DNA of 64,000 nt from an uncultured delta proteobacterium (GCA_963850305.1 CAWKKR010000006.1:128001-192000), one strand, 5' to 3'; counted from the first letter of the stretch, positions 10,088 to 20,934 are shown. Notes: generated by a model not told the origin, from the letters alone. Numbers and translations are program-made.

Positions 10088-10216
10088 GGAGTTCCGCATC
10101 GACGAGCACGTCGTCCCCGAGGAATCAAAGCGGTGCGGAACTACCGAGCGCAGCGAGTACCGGGGGGAGGCGTTGCGAAGCAAGCCCCGGGGGGCGGGCA
10201 ACGCCCCCCTTTCCTA
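10088..10216 (+). repeat. Composite palindromic (REP/REPIN-like) element, one unit
   Basis: Inverted arms GGAGTTCCGCATCG (10088-10101) and CGGTGCGGAACTAC (10131-10144), then unit CGAGCGCAGCGAG...GCGAAGCAAGC...GGGGGGCG/CGCCCCCC and TCCTAG; homologous to 49940-50339 (reverse strand), 22527-22620 and 25019-25112. Confidence 0.85.
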
Positions 10217-10296
10217 GTAGCGCCGCCGCAGATTCGGGGCCCAACGATCCGAGCAGGTGATTCCGGGGCGCCTCCGTTCGATTACATTCGCCGATC

Positions 10297-12258
10297 ATGG
10301 ACCAATGGTTCGTGTGTGTTCCGGACGGAGATCCCGTTGGACCCGTGTCGACGTCGCTCCTCATCCTCGGCATCCGGTCGGGAAAGGTTCCCGAGGACGC
10401 GCTCGTCTGTCGGGTGGGGGAGACCTCGTGGCGCGGCGTGCTGGAAGCGGCGGAGCTCGTCGGAGCGCTTCCGGGAGCGGAGGCCTTTGACGGCAGCGAG
10501 GCGGCCACGCGCTACGCGGTGAAGAACCTGCTCGGGCAAGGCGGCATGGGAGAAGTGTATCTGTGCGCGGACGAGTGGATCGGCAGGGACGTGGCGATGA
10601 AGATCGCGCACGAAGAGCAGGCGGGGCAGGCGCACCTCCGCGCTCGCTTCGTCCGGGAGGCGCTCGTACAGGGACAGCTCGAGCACCCGAGCGTGGTGCC
10701 CGTCTACGATCTCGGACGGCGTCCCGACGGCGCGATCTTCTTCACGATGAAGCGCGTGCGCGGATTGACGCTCGCGGCGATCATCGACGGGCTCAGGCGG
10801 AAGGATCCGGCGATCGAACGGGCGTACTCGCGGCGGCGCGTGTTGTCGGCGATGAGCAACGTATGCCTCGCCGTGTCGTTCGCTCATAGCCGGGGGGTCG
10901 TGCACCGCGATCTGAAGCCCGAGAATGTCATGCTCGGAGACTTCGGCGAGGTGTACGTACTCGACTGGGGCGTCGCGAAGGTGCTCGAAGATGCCTGGGC
11001 GAACCGCGCGTCCACCGCGCTCGGTGCGCCCGTCGGCAAGACGCAAGCGGGGGCGCTCGTGGGCACCGTGGGTTATGCCTCGCCGGAACAGGTTCGCGGC
11101 GACAAGACCGTTGGCCCGGCGAGCGACGTTTACGCGCTCGGCGCGATCCTGTTCGAGCTACTGGCGCTCGCGCCTCTGCACGCAGGCAACGACGCGGAGG
11201 CTCTGATGGCGGCGACGTTGTCCTCCACCGGAGGCCGTCCGAGCGAAAGCGCGAACGCGCTGGGGATCCCGCCGGAGCTCGACGACATCTGCGCCCGGGC
11301 CACCGCTGCCACTCGCGAAGCGCGGTTCGAGTCGGCGCGCGCCATGCAGGAGTCCATCGAACGGTACCTCGATGGCGAACGCGACGAGGAACGGCGCAGG
11401 GAGCTAGCTCGCCAGCACGCAGACGCGGCGCGGCGGGCGTTCGAAGACGCCGCGCGGGGCGGTGCGGACGCCGAGACCGGGCGGGTTCGCGGTTTGAGAG
11501 AGCTGGGCGCCGCGCTGGCGCTGGAGCCGTCGAACGAAGATGCGGTCCAGACGCTGATGCGCGTCCTGCTCGAGGCGCCGGGCGAGCTGCCACCGGAGGC
11601 GGAAGCGGAACTTCGCATGATCGATCGCGAGGACCGCCTCCGTGCCGCGCGTGACGGAATGGTCGCGTATTCTCTGATGGCGCTGACTCTGCCCATCGTG
11701 CTCCGTATGCACATCCTGAGGCCGTGGCTCTTCGCCGCGCTCGTCGGAGTGATCGTCGTCACGGTATCGTATCAGGGGTGGATGTGGCGCACCGGTGATG
11801 CTCAGCGCCCGCGAATGCGGTGGGCCGTGCCCATGAGCTTCCTGGTCGTCGCCATGACGGCGAGCATCTTCGGCCCCCTGGTGATGGCTCCCGGGGTCGC
11901 CGCCATCACCGTGGCTGGTTTTGCCGTGAGCCTTCGAGCCAATCAGGAGACGAAACGCGCCCTCTTGCTCCTCGGCCTCGGCGCGATTCTCGTCCCGCTA
12001 GCTCTCGAGTACCTGGGCCTCGCGCCCGCGTCGTACGCCTTCGAGGACGGCTCGATCCGGATTCTGTCGAACCTCGTCGAGTTCCGTCCCGTGCCATCGC
12101 TGTTGTTGCTCGCGCTCGGATCCATCATGACGATCGTCGCGACCTATTTCAGCGTCGGCCGCGCCGTGGACGCCCTCGTGGCCTCGGAGCGACGGAACTT
12201 CGCGCAAGCCTGGAGGCTGCGACAGATCCTGCCGGTGCGTCAGGACGGAGCGGCTTAG
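10297..12258 (+). CDS. Ser/Thr protein kinase with N-terminal GYF-like domain and C-terminal multi-TM region
   Basis: GQGGMGEV, VAMK, HRDLKPEN, DWG, YASPEQ; hydrophobic C-terminus. Confidence 0.92.
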   Translation: MDQWFVCVPDGDPVGPVSTSLLILGIRSGKVPEDALVCRVGETSWRGVLEAAELVGALPGAEAFDGSEAATRYAVKNLLGQGGMGEVYLCADEWIGRDVAMKIAHEEQAGQAHLRARFVREALVQGQLEHPSVVPVYDLGRRPDGAIFFTMKRVRGLTLAAIIDGLRRKDPAIERAYSRRRVLSAMSNVCLAVSFAHSRGVVHRDLKPENVMLGDFGEVYVLDWGVAKVLEDAWANRASTALGAPVGKTQAGALVGTVGYASPEQVRGDKTVGPASDVYALGAILFELLALAPLHAGNDAEALMAATLSSTGGRPSESANALGIPPELDDICARATAATREARFESARAMQESIERYLDGERDEERRRELARQHADAARRAFEDAARGGADAETGRVRGLRELGAALALEPSNEDAVQTLMRVLLEAPGELPPEAEAELRMIDREDRLRAARDGMVAYSLMALTLPIVLRMHILRPWLFAALVGVIVVTVSYQGWMWRTGDAQRPRMRWAVPMSFLVVAMTASIFGPLVMAPGVAAITVAGFAVSLRANQETKRALLLLGLGAILVPLALEYLGLAPASYAFEDGSIRILSNLVEFRPVPSLLLLALGSIMTIVATYFSVGRAVDALVASERRNFAQAWRLRQILPVRQDGAA

Positions 12259-12316
12259 CGTTTGCTTTCCAGCCGGGGGTTCGGCTACATGATCATTGGG
12301 CTGGAGGCTCTCGATC

Positions 12317-13141
12317 ATGATGAGGTTCGTTTCGGTCACACTCGTGATGGCGATGCTCGGTGGGTCGGCAGTGGCGCACGCCGATGGAGGCGGACACGAG
12401 GGCGATGTCTTGATCGAAACGAAGGATGGGGCGCTATTCAGGGGACGCCTGATGGAACGGATCCCCGGGCAGTACGTGTCGATCGAGCTTGCCTCGGGCG
12501 AGACGCGGCGCATCGCCACGAGTGCCATCGCGCGCGAGACGGACGAGGCGTCGACTGCTGGGCATGGGGAGCTTGTCGAGCCGCGCCGTACCGTGCACAT
12601 CGAGTTCAACGTCGACGACGATCGCGCGGAGTTACAGCGTCTCGATGAGGACCAGTGGATTGCGGTTTGCCCGGGGCCCTGTTCCGTCGATGGCCCCGCC
12701 GACGCCGTTTATCGGATCGGTGGCAACGGTGTGCGAAGGTCGACGCCGTTTCGACTCCCCGAGGACGAACGAGATGTTCCCGTCACGGCGGAGGCCGGGA
12801 GCACGAGCACCACGGTCTGGGGTGCCGTCCTGGCCATTGGCGGGGGAAGCCTTGCGCTGACGATCGGCCTGCCGGTGCTGGCAATTGGTTTCGTGGCGAA
12901 CGGCGATGACAGCTCCGGTGACGGCACGGCAGGCGTCGGACCCCCGTTGATCGAGGCGGGCGCGGTCATGACGGTTGGTGGCGTGATTGCGGGCGTTGCC
13001 GGACTCATCATGGTTCTGAACAATCGCACTCACGTGAAGGTCGGGAGCGCCGTCTCGTTGCCGCGGCTCGGCACGGATGGGCGATCTCCCGGGGTCGCGG
13101 TCGGCGGCGGGGCACCGCCGATGTTCGGGCTCACCTTCTGA
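12317..13141 (+). CDS. Hypothetical secreted/membrane protein
   Basis: Signal peptide ending AVAHA; two C-terminal hydrophobic helices; ends in F. Confidence 0.7.
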   Translation: MMRFVSVTLVMAMLGGSAVAHADGGGHEGDVLIETKDGALFRGRLMERIPGQYVSIELASGETRRIATSAIARETDEASTAGHGELVEPRRTVHIEFNVDDDRAELQRLDEDQWIAVCPGPCSVDGPADAVYRIGGNGVRRSTPFRLPEDERDVPVTAEAGSTSTTVWGAVLAIGGGSLALTIGLPVLAIGFVANGDDSSGDGTAGVGPPLIEAGAVMTVGGVIAGVAGLIMVLNNRTHVKVGSAVSLPRLGTDGRSPGVAVGGGAPPMFGLTF

Positions 13142-13270
13142 ACCGCCGAGCGAATCCTGCCGGCTCGTGGCACATAAAGCGACGTCGGACGTCTCCGTCA
13201 CGTCCTTGGCGCCCGGAAAAGCGCTCCCCCGGGAAAGCGGCTCCGTGCGACGATCGAGGTCGTTCCAACC

Positions 13271-15122
13271 ATGACGGACACACGAGGCTCATCCGCGCGC
13301 GACCTTGCCGACGGTGAGGAACTCTTGCCACTGGCCCTCTTGCGTTCCCTCGCGCGCACCGTCTCCTGGTTCGGCGCCTACCCTCGCACGATCGTTGTCG
13401 TCGCCGCCGCCGTGTTGCTCGAGATGGCATTCGTCGCGTCGATACCGCTCGCGACGAGGGCGCTCATCGACCGGGCTCTGATTCCGCGCGACGCCGCCTT
13501 GCTCGTCCGGATCACGGCTTTTCTCGCGGGCGGCGCACTGACAATCAGCCTCATCGGCTTTCTGGGGGACTACTACTTTGCGCGAATGGTCACGGGGGTC
13601 CTGAGGGATCTGCGGGTGAGGCTGCTCGACCACCTGCAGCGCCTCTCGACGAGTCACTTCACGGCCAATGCCGGCGCGGATATCTCGGCGCACTTCTCGA
13701 CCGATCTCGGGGCCGTGAAGAGCGCTCTCGAGATTTTCCATTTCCTGGGGTGTGCTTCCGGCCATCGACATCGTGGCGAACGTCGTGCTGCTGTTCGTGC
13801 TCGACGTGCGGCTCGCCATCATCGCGCAGCTTGCGTGGCCGGTGTCGCTCATCGGGCCTCGGATCCTGGCGCGCAGGGTGTCGCGAGCCGCCGCTGATCT
13901 GAAGGCTCGGGAAGCGGGCGTCCTCGCGGAGGTACGAGAAGTGGCCAGCGGAGCCGAGGTCATTCGCGCCTTCGGGCTCGAGGAAACCATCACCGATCGA
14001 TTCCGGTTCCGCGTCGGCGCTCTGCGCCGTCTCGAGATGCTCGGGCATTCCCTGTCACTGAGCATCAATCGCTCGGTGGGCGGAGGGCTGCTGGTACTTC
14101 AGGGCCTGCTGCTGGGCGTCGGTGGCCTTTTCGTGTTTCGTCGCGAGTGCACGGTCGGCACGCTGGTGGCGTTTCAAGGGCTCTTCATGTCGCTCACGTA
14201 TTCGATCGGCTACGTCGTGCGGTTCCTGGACACCCACGTTCACGCCGCCGCCGGCCTCGCTCGAATCGAACGTCTCTTCGCCGAGCCCTTTGCCATCGAG
14301 GATCCGCCTTCGGCCTCGCCGCTACCGGCCTTCTCGGCGGAGCTCACTTTCGACCATGTCGCGTTCGCGTACGGTCCCGGCAGACCCGCGCTCGCCGACG
14401 TGAGTTTCTCCATTCGGCGAGGCGAGCGCATTGCCATCGTTGGTGCAACCGGCTCCGGCAAGAGCACACTCCTCAGCCTGCTCCTGCGCTTCCGCGAACC
14501 CACGTCGGGGACGTTCGAGATGGACGGCCGTGACGTTCGTTCCGCGACACGGCGATCGCTGACGGATCAGGTCGGTGTCGTCTTCCAGGAAACGTTCTTG
14601 TTCGACAGCACCATCAGGGAAAACATCCGCTGCGGTCGCTCCGACGCCACGGAACAGGAGATCATCGAAGCGGCGCGCCATGCCGAATTGCATGATCTCA
14701 TCGAACGGCTTCCCGAAGGTTACGATACTCGGGTTGGTGAACGTGGGGCCAGCCTGTCCGGAGGGCAGCGCCAGCGCCTAGCCATCGCTCGCGCGCTCCT
14801 GCGGGATCCCGCCATCCTCCTGCTCGACGAAGCGACGTCTGCGCTCGATCCGGTCACCGAGACCATCGTCAACCGGGCTCTCGGTCACGCCCGTCGTTGC
14901 CGGACGGTCATCACCGTCACACACCGCCTCGGCTCGATCGTGGATGCCGATCGGATCTTCGTGCTCGAAAAGGGTCGAATCGTGGAGCAGGGACGCCACG
15001 CCGACCTCCTGGCGCGGCGAGGCGCTTACGCCCGGCTATGGACCGCGCAGAGCGGATCTCGTGCCGTCGCGGCCACGCGAGAACCCACTCCGACGCGTCT
15101 CGACCGGCTTGGCTCGGCATGA
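13271..15122 (+). CDS. ABC exporter, fused TMD+NBD (MsbA-like), interrupted by a +1 frameshift near 13735
   Basis: TMD in 13271-13733 continues into the 13752-15122 frame if one T of the 13734-13737 run is removed (EISISWGVLPAID); Walker A GATGSGKS, LSGGQRQR, LLLDEATSALD. Confidence 0.85.
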
Positions 15123-15250
15123 AGCTCGATCCCAAAGAGCTCCGCGATCTGCGTATTCTGATGGACACTTGCGAGCGCCTATTTCGCGCGCTCGATGCTC
15201 GTGGGCTCGAGTTCTGGCTCGATTGGGGAACCCTGCTCTTCTGGGCGTGA
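15119..15250 (+). pseudogene. N-terminal remnant of a LicD-family nucleotidyltransferase
   Basis: ATGA coupling to the ABC gene; 43 aa ending LEFWLDWGTLLFWA, matching the LicD/FKRP WLxxGTLLG motif but lacking the IPWDxDxD motif. Confidence 0.6.
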
Positions 15251-15253
15251 CGT

Positions 15254-17206
15254 TCACGCGCCGCCGGGACGCCCCACGGCAGCGAGGCGCGCGCGGACGA
15301 AGGGCGAGAGGCGATAACGCTCCAGCGTCTCGCGGGGCAGGGTTGCGGCGCCCTTGACGACTCCAACGCAGGCGACGCTGCCGCAGACGCACGAGAACGG
15401 CGAACTCATCTCCCATTCCGTCGCCGGGTAGAAGAAAGAAAGCTCTTCGCCGCGACCGATCGTCCGGCGTGCGCGGATCGTCATCGTCTCGAACGAGAAT
15501 TCGACGTTCGGGTCACAGGAGTGAGTCAGAAACGATAGCTCCGCCGGCAACAGGTCCGCGTGTTCGCTCTCGCCGCATTGGAGTGTCCAGCGCGACGGCT
15601 TTGCATGAGGACGCGAACATCGAAAGTTCGAGACGACCTCGCCCTCGTCGAAGGCCCGGACGGCGAACAGGCCGTGGCCAGTCGGGCTCTTGCCCAGAAC
15701 GAACCGGCCCGCTCGCTCGAGTACGCTCGCGGGCCCCATGAATTGCTGGACATCCAGCGTGCGCACGTAATCCGACACGTGATTGCCGTACTTGGCACGA
15801 AGGTCGTCACGCGTGCCGTCCGAGCCGCGCACCATTCCCCTGCAGTTCGGCGCACCGCAAGCGCAGGTGAACTCGGGCATCTCGGGTCCCGAGAACGTCG
15901 CATAGTCCACCGTGATCGGAGCTCCGGCCGGCAAATCCCGACGAGCCGCGAGGTCGAGACCGACGAGCCACGCGCTGGGATCGCAGGAATGGTTGATCGG
16001 ACGCCATTCGGCCGGGTCCTCGCTCCACATGGCATATACCGACGGTGAGATCGGCCAGGCATACGCGTCCAACACGGAGCGCGCGTCGGCCCGCCACCGC
16101 GTCGCTCCGTACTCCGCCGAGATGAGTCGAACGGACGTCTCCTCATAACGCACGGCGATCTCTCCGATTCGAATGGGGCGCGCCGCGACCATGCCGAACC
16201 CACCACTCTTGGTGTAGCGGAGCGCCCATGCGCGACGCGCCCGGTCGCGGCGCTCGATCGCCCTGGCGATGAGATGTTCGAGGAACGCTCGGTGACCGCC
16301 TGGCTCCCTCGCCACGATGAAGTCCGCGCTGCCGAACGCGTTGTCCGGGTAAAACATCCCGCAATTGGGGTTGATCTCGAGAAGGATCGGCTGGCCGCGC
16401 GCGTCCACGCGGATGTCGCATCGACCGAAGCCGCTACCCTCGAGCCCCGCGAACACGCGGGCGGCGGCGTTCCGCAGCGCGGCGTCGAGGGCCGGATCGT
16501 CCACGCCGCGCACGCTCATACTTTCGTGGTCACGCCACTTCAGATCGAAGTGTTTCCACGACTCTCCTGGCGGGAAGACGAACTCCACCGGGGCGAGCAC
16601 CCACGGCTCGCCACCGCGCTCGCGGGGTTCGGTGACCAGCACCGTGAACTCGCGACCGGTGACGAACTCCTCGATCAGGGCCGCGCCGAAGCGCTCCACG
16701 GTGGCCTCGACCTGCTGGAGCAGCCCAGACATCGTTTCCACGCGCGACGCTGGGGTGAGCCCGATGCTCGAATATCCGTTCAGCGGCTTCACGATCATCG
16801 GAAGCCGCATGCCGTCGACGACCGCGCTCACCTCGGCCGTCGACCGGACGATCGCATACGCTGGGAACGCGACGCCCTCCGCGGCGCACGCCATCTTCAT
16901 CGCCTCTCGCGACGGATCGTAGAAGTGGCTCCCGGCCCCCGTGAACGCGACATCGAGCCGCTCGAGCGCCTCGACCACTTCGATCCCCGGTCTGTCTTCT
17001 TCCCACGCACCGTCGCACAGGTTGATCACGACGTCGAAGCCGGCACGGGCGACTTCCGTCACGATCCGCACGGCGTTGAGCCGCGTCAGGCGGAATGACT
17101 CGAAGCTTGCTTCTGGCAGAAATCTTCCCGGGTCCACCTCTGGGTCCAGCCCCGCACAGGGCGAGGACGAGCCTTCGTACGACGGGTGCAAGATCGCGAT
17201 GCGCAT
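15254..17206 (-). CDS. D-Ala-D-Ala-ligase-like ATP-grasp fused to two SET/post-SET domains
   Basis: PMIVKP, SSIG, LIEEFVTGREFTV, GRCDIR, LEINPNCG; SET1 INHSCDP...TVDY...CACGAPNCRG; SET2 LTHSCDPN...SFFY...CVCGSVACVG. Confidence 0.85.
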   Translation of the reverse strand: MRIAILHPSYEGSSSPCAGLDPEVDPGRFLPEASFESFRLTRLNAVRIVTEVARAGFDVVINLCDGAWEEDRPGIEVVEALERLDVAFTGAGSHFYDPSREAMKMACAAEGVAFPAYAIVRSTAEVSAVVDGMRLPMIVKPLNGYSSIGLTPASRVETMSGLLQQVEATVERFGAALIEEFVTGREFTVLVTEPRERGGEPWVLAPVEFVFPPGESWKHFDLKWRDHESMSVRGVDDPALDAALRNAAARVFAGLEGSGFGRCDIRVDARGQPILLEINPNCGMFYPDNAFGSADFIVAREPGGHRAFLEHLIARAIERRDRARRAWALRYTKSGGFGMVAARPIRIGEIAVRYEETSVRLISAEYGATRWRADARSVLDAYAWPISPSVYAMWSEDPAEWRPINHSCDPSAWLVGLDLAARRDLPAGAPITVDYATFSGPEMPEFTCACGAPNCRGMVRGSDGTRDDLRAKYGNHVSDYVRTLDVQQFMGPASVLERAGRFVLGKSPTGHGLFAVRAFDEGEVVSNFRCSRPHAKPSRWTLQCGESEHADLLPAELSFLTHSCDPNVEFSFETMTIRARRTIGRGEELSFFYPATEWEMSSPFSCVCGSVACVGVVKGAATLPRETLERYRLSPFVRARLAAVGRPGGA

Positions 17207-17282
17207 GGGAACGCGCATCGTACGCTACCCGGAGAACGAAGACACCAGAGGCCTCCACTGCCCGGTTCGGACCGCAGCGAGC

Positions 17283-17666
17283 TCAGACGCTGCCGAGGAA
17301 CATTGCGACCCAGCAGGCCACCGCTCCAGTCCAGGCGACGGAGCGCAACGTGGCGCGGTCCGCGACGTACAGAATGCCGTAGACGAAACGCAGGACGAGC
17401 CAGGCTACGGCGAGCGCGTCGAGCGTGCCGTGATCGAGCTTGCCGATGTGGGTCGCGATGATCACCGCCGCGGCGAACGGCGGGAATGCTTCGAAACTGT
17501 TGAGCTGTGCCCAGTGCGCGCGCTTCTTCGCCCCCGAAAGACGCTCGAGGAACTCCCGGGGATTGTGGTTGTCCCGGCCGCCGAAGCCACTGGTGAACTT
17601 GGCGTAGGCCGTCCACATCAGGGGTATCAGCGCGCCGAGGAGGACGCAGTAGTAGGCGATCGTCAT
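17283..17666 (-). CDS. MAPEG family membrane protein
   Basis: DNHNPR...RAHWAQLNSFEAFPPFAAAV...LRFVYGILY. Confidence 0.88.
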   Translation of the reverse strand: MTIAYYCVLLGALIPLMWTAYAKFTSGFGGRDNHNPREFLERLSGAKKRAHWAQLNSFEAFPPFAAAVIIATHIGKLDHGTLDALAVAWLVLRFVYGILYVADRATLRSVAWTGAVACWVAMFLGSV

Positions 17667-17807
17667 GGGGCTCGAGCATCTATCAGAGCCGCGCCGCGGC
17701 GAGGAGGGGCCTCGACGATTCGAGAAAGCCAAAGGCGCCGTTCTCCGTGGATTCCGCGCGCGCGAACGGACACCCTCGCGGGGCACCGGATCGGCTACGT
17801 TGAGACG

Positions 17808-20800
17808 ATGCGACCGAGTCCCGCGATCCCAGGCCTCGTGACTGCGCTCGCGGTCGTCGTGGGGTGCCAGGGACCCCCCAAGACCGCCGCGTTGCCCCCC
17901 GCGAAACCGAAGCCGCCGTCCGTCTCGGTGGCGGCGCCGCCTCCTCCGAGACCAGAGCCAGCCGCCGCGGTTCTCCGGACCGGGAGGTGGGAACCCGTCG
18001 AGGACGCCAAGGTATCCCTTCACGTCGTGCGCCGCGACGTGAAGCACGGCATCGAGTTCGACGAAATTGGACTGCCCACCGCGACCGAACTGGCGGGCAG
18101 CGTCTCGCTCGGCTCGACCACGGTCGTCGAACTGGCGCAGCCCGGGGGTTCGCTCGCGTTCATCGGTGCAGGGAGTCCGCCAGCGCCCGTGCCGGGAGCG
18201 GCGGCTCGGGCATCCGAGCTCCGCCTATGGGTGCGGCGCCCCGCGACGGTGACGTCACCGGCACTAGCAGGGACGTTCTACACGGCCGCGTCGCGCAGCG
18301 CCCACGGCCATCGGGTGCCGTTCGTGGCGAGTCCCGACAAGGACACGGGCGCTGCACCGGACCTGGAGCGCGCGTGGGCCAGCGCGCTCGCGACGGATCT
18401 CGAGACGCGGTCTTCGGCATTTTATCGATTCGCGTCGGAGCGTGTTCGACAGCGCTACCTGCGGGAGAAGCCGAAGAAAGATGCGCCTCGCGACGGCTAT
18501 CACCGCGACGACGGGCTCGAAGATCTGATGGATACGACGACGGGACGGCTCTCCGTGCAAGACGCGCTCGAGCGCGACCGCTCGCTCTTCATCGAAGCCG
18601 AGGCAAAAACGCGATCGGTCCCGGTGGAAAAGCTGAAGCCGCCGCAGCTGACCTCGCACCCCTGGGCGGATCTTGCCCGCGCTCTTCCGGCGCGCCCGCC
18701 GGAAGAGCCGCTTGCCAAGGCGACTCCGGCGGAGTTCTACTTCCTGCGAGCGCGCGGACTCGGGCGATTGCTCGACATCGTGGACGCCGTCGAGAGCTGG
18801 GGCGAGCCTGCGGCGAATGCCCTCGACGGTCGCACGGAAGATCGCGGCACGTTCGAGCGATACGAGACCGAGCTCGGTCTCGTGCGGACGGATGCCACAC
18901 GCATGTTCGGTCCGCAGCTCGTGACGGACCTCGCCGTCGTCGGCAGCGATCCGTACATCCACGAGGGCACGGACGTGACGCTCCTGTTGCACGTCACGGA
19001 CGCGGCGATCTTCGCAACCGCCATCGCCGGACTCGCCTCGGCGTCGAGTGCCAACCACGGCGCCGTCACCGAGACTCAGTTCGATCACGAGGGAGTGACG
19101 GTCATCGTCCGGCGATCGGCCGACGGCCGGCTCCGTCAACATTGGGCGAGCGTCGGCGATCTCGAGCTCGTGTCCAACAGCGCGGGCGCCATCGAGCGCG
19201 TCATCTCGACGATTCATGGTCACCACCCGCGGCTCTCGGACGAGCCTGACTTTCTCTACATGCTGGCTCGCGACGCGGAGGCCCCGGACGACGTGCTCGC
19301 CTACCTCGGCGATCGGTTCGTCGCGACCGTCGTCGGTCCCCAGCAAAAGATCGCCGAGGCGAGGCGACAGCTCGCGCTCGCGGACCTCTCTCGGCCCGGG
19401 TACGCGGCGCTGCTCTACGGCTGGATAGAAGGTCATGCGCCCGCGTCGCTCGCCGAACTCGTCGGTTCGAAGCTCCTCGACGCGAGTGAACTCAGGCATC
19501 CCGGCGGCGGGGCCATCGACTGGCGACCACGAACGGGTGCCCATTCGACGTGGGGCTCCCCCGCGGCGCTCGAGCCGCTCATCGACCTGCCGAAAGTGAC
19601 GCTCGTCACGGAGCCCGAGGAGCGAGGGTACGAATCCTTCGCGCAAAGTTACGAATCGCTCTGGTCGGACAAGATCGACCCCATGGCGTTCCGGATCCGC
19701 GATGAGAAGATCGCGGGCCGGACGAAGCTCACGGCGGACCTCCGCGTACTCCCTCTCCTCCGGCGCGAATATCGCGACGTCCTTTCCGTCGCGGGCACCG
19801 CGAAGACGGTCGTCCCGAACGTCTCGAGCGGCGCGCGCGTGGTCCTCGGGATCGGCAAGGACGCGACGCTCCGGCGGGAGTTGACCGAAACGGGGCGCTC
19901 GTTCGGCGGCGAGCAACCGCTCGCTTTCGACTGGATCGGAGACTATGGCGTCGTCGGGGTCGCCGATCGGAACGAGCTCGCGAACACGGCGCTCATGCTC
20001 GCCAGCGACGACATCGAGATGCCGCTGGAGCCGGCCCACCCGAAGCACGAGGAAACCTTCGAGGAGCTTGCGGATCTGCCGATCTACGCCGCGATCGAGG
20101 TTCGCAGCAGGCTCGGCGCGGCGGTGGCCCTCACTGCACTGCACGAGCTTGCCGACAAGAGCGCGCCCGGCGCGGCGACATGGGGCAAAGCTGCGAGCTA
20201 CCGCGGCAACGACATCGTGGCGGTCACCGACGACGAGGCGCACCAGAAAATCACCGTCTACTACTCGCTCTTGCCGAGCGCGCTCGTCGTCTCATTGAAC
20301 GAAGGCACGCTCCACGTCGCGATCAATCAGCTCCTCGATGCCCCGCCCGTATCGGCTCCCGGCGGCTCGAACGCGGCGGACGCCGCACAGCTCAGTCTGG
20401 ACGTCACTGGAACGCCGACAGGAGCTCTCTATCGGGCGCTCGTGTGGTGTGCGACGGCGGAGGCGCTCGACAGCCCGAACGACTCCGCGGCCCTCGCGGA
20501 GGCCGTCTTCCGCGGCGTGCCCGAGTCGGAGCATGACGCCGGGCGTGCCCGCGCCGCCCTGCGCGCAGCGTTCGGCGTCGTGCCGCTCACGGTCGACGGA
20601 TTCGATTTCTCGTGGGGCCCCGACGGGATCCGCGACCCGGCACGTGGGTCGGCGAACGCGCCCGTCTGGCCGGACGTCCCCGTGCACGGGTCCATCCTGG
20701 ACAAACTGAAGCTCCGGCGGCTTCGGGCGGCCGTCTCCTTCGACGACGAGCCCGGCCAGACCAGCAAGACCCCCTTTCAGAGTCTGCACGCCCGCCTTGC

Positions 20801-20816
20801 CGTCCAGCTCGACTGA
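17808..20816 (+). CDS. Large hypothetical lipoprotein (~1000 aa)
   Basis: Lipobox VVGC after a hydrophobic signal, Pro-rich linker, long ORF. Confidence 0.75.
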   Translation: MRPSPAIPGLVTALAVVVGCQGPPKTAALPPAKPKPPSVSVAAPPPPRPEPAAAVLRTGRWEPVEDAKVSLHVVRRDVKHGIEFDEIGLPTATELAGSVSLGSTTVVELAQPGGSLAFIGAGSPPAPVPGAAARASELRLWVRRPATVTSPALAGTFYTAASRSAHGHRVPFVASPDKDTGAAPDLERAWASALATDLETRSSAFYRFASERVRQRYLREKPKKDAPRDGYHRDDGLEDLMDTTTGRLSVQDALERDRSLFIEAEAKTRSVPVEKLKPPQLTSHPWADLARALPARPPEEPLAKATPAEFYFLRARGLGRLLDIVDAVESWGEPAANALDGRTEDRGTFERYETELGLVRTDATRMFGPQLVTDLAVVGSDPYIHEGTDVTLLLHVTDAAIFATAIAGLASASSANHGAVTETQFDHEGVTVIVRRSADGRLRQHWASVGDLELVSNSAGAIERVISTIHGHHPRLSDEPDFLYMLARDAEAPDDVLAYLGDRFVATVVGPQQKIAEARRQLALADLSRPGYAALLYGWIEGHAPASLAELVGSKLLDASELRHPGGGAIDWRPRTGAHSTWGSPAALEPLIDLPKVTLVTEPEERGYESFAQSYESLWSDKIDPMAFRIRDEKIAGRTKLTADLRVLPLLRREYRDVLSVAGTAKTVVPNVSSGARVVLGIGKDATLRRELTETGRSFGGEQPLAFDWIGDYGVVGVADRNELANTALMLASDDIEMPLEPAHPKHEETFEELADLPIYAAIEVRSRLGAAVALTALHELADKSAPGAATWGKAASYRGNDIVAVTDDEAHQKITVYYSLLPSALVVSLNEGTLHVAINQLLDAPPVSAPGGSNAADAAQLSLDVTGTPTGALYRALVWCATAEALDSPNDSAALAEAVFRGVPESEHDAGRARAALRAAFGVVPLTVDGFDFSWGPDGIRDPARGSANAPVWPDVPVHGSILDKLKLRRLRAAVSFDDEPGQTSKTPFQSLHARLAVQLD

Positions 20817-20934
20817 CTCGCTCGCCCTCGGAAGCCTCACGACGTGCAAGGCCGTGCTCACGCCCCGGGGAAGCGCCGCCCACGCGCGATGAAGGGACGA
20901 GCCCTGTGCGATCACCAGGTGAGCCGGGGAGCAC

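Noticed and set aside
6982..12258. PglX plus the adjacent kinase as a BREX/Pgl (PglW-like) system
   Set aside because: The kinase is divergently transcribed, membrane-bound with a GYF-like domain, and shows no NERD or PglW features
16941..17807. 5' extension giving a 1291-aa ORF
   Set aside because: Overlaps MAPEG and ATP-grasp genes on the opposite strand; the signal peptide begins at 17808
18264..20243. Long antisense and alternative-frame ORFs (also 2304-3872, 34726-36465, 54234-56255, 63115-63831)
   Set aside because: Typical shadow ORFs of high-GC codon bias, Arg-rich and without motifs
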